From Verrucomicrobiia bacterium (GTDB taxonomy: Bacteria > Verrucomicrobiota > Verrucomicrobiia > Limisphaerales > DASXHY01): DNA of 64,000 nt. Positions within the stretch are counted from its first letter, which is position 1, and each line of letters begins with the position of its first letter. This document shows positions 59,881-64,000 of this stretch, piece by piece. The notes under the pieces are model-generated. The model worked only from the letters and a program-made list of their open reading frames with translations. It was not told the origin of the DNA and made no database searches. The stretch spans positions 391,600-455,599 of the forward strand of contig DASZLX010000018.1 of NCBI GenBank assembly GCA_035552155.1, written 5' to 3'. A program made the position numbers and the translations under genes.

Positions 59881-60870
59881 TCAGCTTCGTTTCATCATGT
59901 AGGGACTTTCGGCCACGCTCGGCGCCTGCAACGCGTCGCGCAACTGGTGGCCGGTATAATGCACAAACACGTCGTCCAACGTGGTGCTCTGCACGGAAAG
60001 CGAGGTCACGGTCACGCCTGCGGTCTGTGCCGCTTCCATCAACGCCAGGGTAGTGCGGGGGCCGTTGTTGGATGAAATGCGGAATATATTTTCCTGGCTC
60101 TTGACGTCCGCCACATCCGGCAGCGCTTTCAGTGTCTCCAGCAAATTCGGCGGGACGCTCGAAAAGCTGACTTCCAAAATATTCTTTCCGGGAATGGAGG
60201 CCTTCAGCTTGAGCGGCGAATCCAGCGCCGCCAGTTTTCCGTGGTCCACAATGGCGATGCGATCACACAATTTGTCAGCCTCATCCATGTAATGCGTCGT
60301 GACCAGGATGGTCAAATCACGCTCGCGCTTGAGCCGCGCCAGCATATCCCAAACCGCCACCCGCGAAACCGGATCGAGACCAGTGGTCGGTTCGTCGAGG
60401 AAAAAAATCTTGGGCTCGTGCACGAGGCCACGCGCGATTTCGAGCCGCCGCCTCATTCCGCCGGAGAACATTTTCACGGGTTTATCCGCCCATTTTTCGA
60501 GGTCCACTTCCTGGAGCAGTTGCTGGATGGTTCGCCGGCGTTTCTCACGCGGAATCCCGTACAACTTCGCGAAGATGCTCATGTTTTCCTCAGCGCTCAA
60601 ATCCATGTCGGAAGTCATGGCCTGCGGAATCACGCCGATGGATTGCCGCACGCCGTTTTGCTCGCGCACGATGTCGAAACCATTCACACGCGCAACGCCC
60701 GACGTGGGCGGCACCAGGGTCGTCAACATGCGGATGAGTGTGGACTTGCCCGCGCCGTTCGGTCCCAGCAGGCCAAACACCTCGCCGTGCTGGACAGAAA
60801 AACTCACGCCACCCACGGCGACAAAATCGCCGAAGCGCTTGGTTAAATTGTCAACTTCGATGTCGAACAT
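59881..60870 (-). CDS. ABC transporter ATP-binding protein (DrrA/CcmA-like)
   Basis: Walker A GLLGPNGAGKST, Q-loop, signature FSGGMRRRLEIA, Walker B IFFLDEPTTGLD and the H-loop TTHYMDEA. Confidence 0.95.
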   Translation of the reverse strand: MFDIEVDNLTKRFGDFVAVGGVSFSVQHGEVFGLLGPNGAGKSTLIRMLTTLVPPTSGVARVNGFDIVREQNGVRQSIGVIPQAMTSDMDLSAEENMSIFAKLYGIPREKRRRTIQQLLQEVDLEKWADKPVKMFSGGMRRRLEIARGLVHEPKIFFLDEPTTGLDPVSRVAVWDMLARLKRERDLTILVTTHYMDEADKLCDRIAIVDHGKLAALDSPLKLKASIPGKNILEVSFSSVPPNLLETLKALPDVADVKSQENIFRISSNNGPRTTLALMEAAQTAGVTVTSLSVQSTTLDDVFVHYTGHQLRDALQAPSVAESPYMMKRS

Positions 60871-60873
60871 GGT

Positions 60874-61941
60874 TCACGGCCGGGACGTTTTCCCCGCCAG
60901 CGGCAACTCGACATAAGCCGTCATTCCCACGGCCAGGCTGCGGTCGCGGTTGTCGCAACGCAGGCGGATTTCGAAGGTCCTGATATCGCGCTTCGTGCGG
61001 CTCACGTCCCGCTGCGTGGCGTAATCCGCATCGACGCCCCGGAAAAAAACGGTGCCTTCACGCGTGCCGCCGGAAGGCAATTTCACCTGCAACTTGTCGT
61101 CGAGATGAATGCGGTCGATGTAGCTCTCCTCGACATCGGCGCGCACCCACAAGTCGTCCGGATCAATGAGCGTGACGATCGCCTGGCCAGGATTCACGAC
61201 TTCGCCGGTGAGCGCCGCACGCGTGTCCACAAAGCCGTTCAGCGGCGCGCGGATTTCGGTATAGGCCAATTGGACCTTGGCCTTCTCCTTCTGGGCGCCG
61301 GCAGCGGCCAGCTGATGGCGGCTGGCTTCAAAAGCGGCGCGGCGCGCAGTCACCTGCTCCGAATTGGACTTCGCCATTTCCACCGACGCCTCCGCCGCGG
61401 CGGTTTGTTTTTCGGCGGCGTCCACCCGCGCCTTGGCCGCATCATAGGCGGTGCGCGACTGGTCGTAGGTTTGCTGGGACTCCACCCCGGTGCTGTGCAG
61501 GTTCTGCTGGCGCTCAAAAGTCAGCCGGGCATTCTCCAAATCCGCGGCGGCTTCGGTGGCCTGGGCCTGCGCCGCGGCGAGATTGGCCTCGGCCTGGGTG
61601 ACCTGGTTGCTGGTCTGCGCCTCTTGAAACCTCAGGTCCGCTCCGGCCTGCGCCACCTGCGAGGCTGAACTGCGTTCGGTATTTTCGTAAAACGTCATGT
61701 CGGCCTGCTCCGTTTGCGGCTGGATGACCGCGAGCAATTGGCCGTTGGTCACCGCATCGCCTTCCCGCACCAAAACCTGCTGCAACCGTCCCTGGATCTG
61801 CGGGCTGACAATGACTTCATCCGTGGTGACAATTCCCGTGAGCACGATTTCGCCCGGCGGTCGCACCGCCACGAAATAAATCACCGCGGCCACGACAATC
61901 GCGCCGGCCAAAAGGAAAATTCTGATTTTTCGTTTCTTCAC
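60874..61941 (-). CDS. HlyD-family secretion / periplasmic adaptor protein
   Basis: N-terminal TM anchor (IRIFLLAGAIVVAAVIYF), a lipoyl-like hairpin (GRLQQVLVREGDAVTNGQLLAVI), a long Ala/Gln coiled coil and a beta-barrel C-terminus. GTG start overlapping the TetR stop (GTGA). Confidence 0.9.
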   Translation of the reverse strand: MKKRKIRIFLLAGAIVVAAVIYFVAVRPPGEIVLTGIVTTDEVIVSPQIQGRLQQVLVREGDAVTNGQLLAVIQPQTEQADMTFYENTERSSASQVAQAGADLRFQEAQTSNQVTQAEANLAAAQAQATEAAADLENARLTFERQQNLHSTGVESQQTYDQSRTAYDAAKARVDAAEKQTAAAEASVEMAKSNSEQVTARRAAFEASRHQLAAAGAQKEKAKVQLAYTEIRAPLNGFVDTRAALTGEVVNPGQAIVTLIDPDDLWVRADVEESYIDRIHLDDKLQVKLPSGGTREGTVFFRGVDADYATQRDVSRTKRDIRTFEIRLRCDNRDRSLAVGMTAYVELPLAGKTSRP

Positions 61942-62582
61942 GAGACAGGTTTGTTGGGGTTGGTGAATAGCGCGCGGCGGATGAAATCCAGCACCTCATG
62001 TTTGCGCGCCTTTAGATTTGTCGCGCTGTGCGCATGGGAATGGCCGAGCAACTGCAATACGGGCGCGGCGGAAAAATAAAAGACGATGAGCGATATGATC
62101 GACACGGCGGTGTGAAAAGGGTCGGTTCGGCGAAACTCGCCCGAGCGCACCCCTCGTTCCAGCAACTTGCCCACGGCGTCGCTGCGCGGTTTGAAATATT
62201 TACGAATCAGCCGCTCCGCACGTTTGCCGCCAGCCATCATGAATTGCTGGAAAAGCGGAGCGGACTGATGGTGCGCAGCGATGAAATCGAAATGCACGCT
62301 CACGTAGCGCAATAAAACCTCGCGCGCCGGCCCCTCGGATCCCAGAACCGCCATCGCCTGCGTATTGAACTGGCGGAAATGGTCTTCGACCACGGCTTCG
62401 TACAGGCGTTCCTTGCTTTTGAAATAGTAATAAAGCAGCGCCTTGTTCACCCCAGCGGATTTTGCGATCGTGTTGGTGCGCGCACCGGCCAGCCCACTCT
62501 CGGCGAAAATGCGCCCGGCGGTGGCGAGAATATTCGCCCGGGTTTTCTCACTGCTTCTCGGCTGGCGCGGCACGACTTTCAT
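61938..62582 (-). CDS. TetR/AcrR-family transcriptional regulator
   Basis: ATG 62582 gives MKVVPRQPRSSEKTRANILATAGRIFAESGLAGARTNTIAKSAGVNKALLYYYFKSKERLY (TetR_N HTH). It is the first gene of the efflux operon. Confidence 0.9.
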   Translation of the reverse strand: MKVVPRQPRSSEKTRANILATAGRIFAESGLAGARTNTIAKSAGVNKALLYYYFKSKERLYEAVVEDHFRQFNTQAMAVLGSEGPAREVLLRYVSVHFDFIAAHHQSAPLFQQFMMAGGKRAERLIRKYFKPRSDAVGKLLERGVRSGEFRRTDPFHTAVSIISLIVFYFSAAPVLQLLGHSHAHSATNLKARKHEVLDFIRRALFTNPNKPVS

Positions 62583-62955
62583 TTTAAACAAACACTAACT
62601 AACCGGATAGTTAATACATGAGATGCCATTCGTCAAATTCATTTCGAACGACCGCCGGGAGCCGTGCGCAGGACCGTATTTTGACCCTCAAAATTGCGGA
62701 AAGGAGCGCGGCTGTGTCACAGACCAGCCGCAGCCGCATGATACATTCAGTCATTTCAAATATTTACTGAGCCTTTCGCATTGCTGCGGCTGGTTCCGCT
62801 GCCGGAACACATCCGGGGCAAGATGCACCCCGCGCTGGACGGCCAGCATTGTGGTCTTGTTGAAAGGCCGATTACGTGCATAATGAGCGAGATGGACAAC
62901 CAGAGCGCACATATTAAATGCTGAGACCGAGTCGGCCTGCCGTCCATCGTTTTGC

Positions 62956-64000
62956 ATGCATCGTTTGAAATCACCCCCCTCCCCGCAGTCTCTTTTGAAG
63001 TTCGCTCGTGCCCTTCGTTCCCATTGCTGGCTGCTGCCGATGGTATGGCTCCTGGCAGGACCGTTGGCGGCGAAGGCCAGTCTTCCCGTGGCTGTATTTG
63101 GCCGGGAATCTTTTTTCACGCTGAACACCGCGGACACTTCCAAACTGAAGAATTCCGGTTTCAATACCGCCATCCTGTTCGTGGTGGATGTCGAAGCCAA
63201 CGGCGATTTGAATTACAACGGTGATCATTTGATTGTCACCAACGGCGTCTACATGGGGGATGCCAATTGGGGCTCCCGGCTGGCTGCCCTCCGAGTGGCA
63301 CCCACTTCCATCAATCGTATCGAGGTTTGCACGGGCGGAGCGGGAGCGCAAAGCTGGGCGAATATCAAAAACCTCATCGCCACCAATGGCACTGGCCCCA
63401 CCAGTATTCTTTACCGAAATTTCCAGGCCTTGAAAAACGCGCTGGGAATCGACGCGATTTGCAATGACGACGAAGTCGCTTTTAATGCCTCTTCCGCCGC
63501 GACGTTCAACCAGATGATCACCGCTTTGGGACTGAAGAATACGCTTTGCCCCTATAATAATGTCAGTTACTGGCAGAGCGTTTTCAACAACAGCGCCATC
63601 GATGCGATTTATCTGCAATGTTACGACGGCGGCGCGGGGAACGATCCGGCAACCTGGGACGGTTACTTCGGTGGGTTCCAGGTCGCTCCCGGCGATTGGA
63701 GCAACGATGGGCTGGCCACGGTAGCATCCAAATTCAATGCCTGGTCACCGGTCATCGCGGGCGGCTTTATCTGGCAGTTCGAAAATATCAGCGCTGCCGA
63801 CCTGGCCAGCTACGGTGCTATTATCAACAAGGCGGTGGATCCCCTGGTCGTCACCCCGAGCACGGGTTTCTCGGGAATTGCCGCTTACAATCTGTATTCC
63901 GCGCCGGCAAGCACGCCCTTTGTCCTAACCAACCGGGGTGCGGCTTCGTTTTCCTGGAGTCTCATCAACACTTCCAGTTGGTTAACCGCCTCCAGTTCTC
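62956..64000 (+). CDS. Secreted GH18-like (class-III-chitinase-like TIM barrel) protein, 3' end outside the window
   Basis: Not in the ORF track (no stop within the window); hand translation from ATG 62956: MHRLKSPPSPQSLLKFARALRSHCWLLPMVWLLAGPLAAKA/SLPVAVFGRESFF...GFNTAILFVVDV...LGIDAICNDDEVAF...IDAIYLQCYDGGAGN...GGFIWQFENI... GIDAICNDDE (63451-63474) aligns with the GH18 D-x-x-D-x-D-x-E motif, with the middle Asp replaced by Cys. The family call is tentative. Confidence 0.6.
   Translation, partial: MHRLKSPPSPQSLLKFARALRSHCWLLPMVWLLAGPLAAKASLPVAVFGRESFFTLNTADTSKLKNSGFNTAILFVVDVEANGDLNYNGDHLIVTNGVYMGDANWGSRLAALRVAPTSINRIEVCTGGAGAQSWANIKNLIATNGTGPTSILYRNFQALKNALGIDAICNDDEVAFNASSAATFNQMITALGLKNTLCPYNNVSYWQSVFNNSAIDAIYLQCYDGGAGNDPATWDGYFGGFQVAPGDWSNDGLATVASKFNAWSPVIAGGFIWQFENISAADLASYGAIINKAVDPLVVTPSTGFSGIAAYNLYSAPASTPFVLTNRGAASFSWSLINTSSWLTASSS

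Noticed and set aside
62592-62955. ORFs 62623-62883 (+), 62751-63200 (-), 62971-63618 (-), and an 11-bp inverted repeat ccagccgcagc/gctgcggctgg (62724-62734 / 62783-62793)
   Set aside because: The ORF translations are Cys/Trp/Arg-rich with no motifs, and two of them run antisense to the better-supported GH18-like frame. The inverted repeat could be a TetR operator or a hairpin, but a single 11-bp repeat with a 48-nt spacer is too weak to call.
1-64000. Mobile element, genomic island or defence system (CRISPR-Cas, restriction-modification, toxin-antitoxin, retron, DGR)
   Set aside because: I recognised no transposase, integrase, reverse transcriptase, nuclease/helicase defence signatures, flanking tRNA or long terminal repeats. 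The lone methyltransferase (10583-11338) looks like a small-molecule/O-methyltransferase type without DNA-MTase motifs.

Overview
High-GC bacterial chromosomal window with about 50 tightly packed protein-coding genes. By eye I found no rRNA, tRNA, CRISPR array, transposase, integrase or prophage. Gene content suggests a Verrucomicrobiota/PVC-type organism (inference only): a DUF1559/H-X9-DG-type prepilin-like protein, a TIGR03118 propeller, LamG/CBM giant proteins and recurrent C-terminal '...FYR' modules. Layout: (1) 1-2955, a CHASE2 Ser/Thr kinase (absent from the ORF track because it runs off the window) and a TIGR03118 protein. (2) 3460-10506, a 2,348-aa secreted GH9-like protein carrying four copies of a ~160-aa domain I cannot assign. 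(3) 10583-18600, a methyltransferase followed by an almost entirely minus-strand envelope/stress island: OMP, yqjD/E/K-like trio, iron-permease-like, TrxR-like, two BON lipoproteins, an entericidin-like small ORF missing from the track, DUF3309 and a NarL-type regulator. (4) 18869-21499, a stand-alone paralogue of the GH9-like core. (5) 21776-31793, an exopolysaccharide locus: priming transferase, degenerate NTP-transferase/LbH protein, non-phosphorylatable STAS protein, MBOAT, SGNH-like protein, deacetylase-like protein, GT4, Wzy/O-antigen-ligase-like protein, GT2 and RlpA-like protein. (6) 32048-41335, a co-directional set of secreted glycosidases (GH36, GH97, GH95, beta-helix protein). (7) 41424-50289, a minus-strand unit of LamG/3x(Ig+CBM) giant, pseudopilin-like protein, GH30 and SGNH-TPR protein, divergent from (8) 50425-58745, a histidine kinase, NarL regulator, carbamoyltransferase/SxtJ/DUF5989 trio and GH30-CBM6 protein. 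(9) 58765-62582, a TetR-HlyD-ABC efflux operon. (10) 62956-64000, a partial GH18-like secreted protein. The candidates most worth follow-up are the unassigned four-fold domain, an exact 19-nt motif upstream of two secreted-protein genes, a shared C-terminal module on three secreted proteins, the priming-transferase/pseudo-NTP-transferase/STAS triad, and small 'FIYxxF'-tailed membrane proteins paired with two different O-modification enzymes. All family assignments come from motif recognition in the translations; no database search was run.
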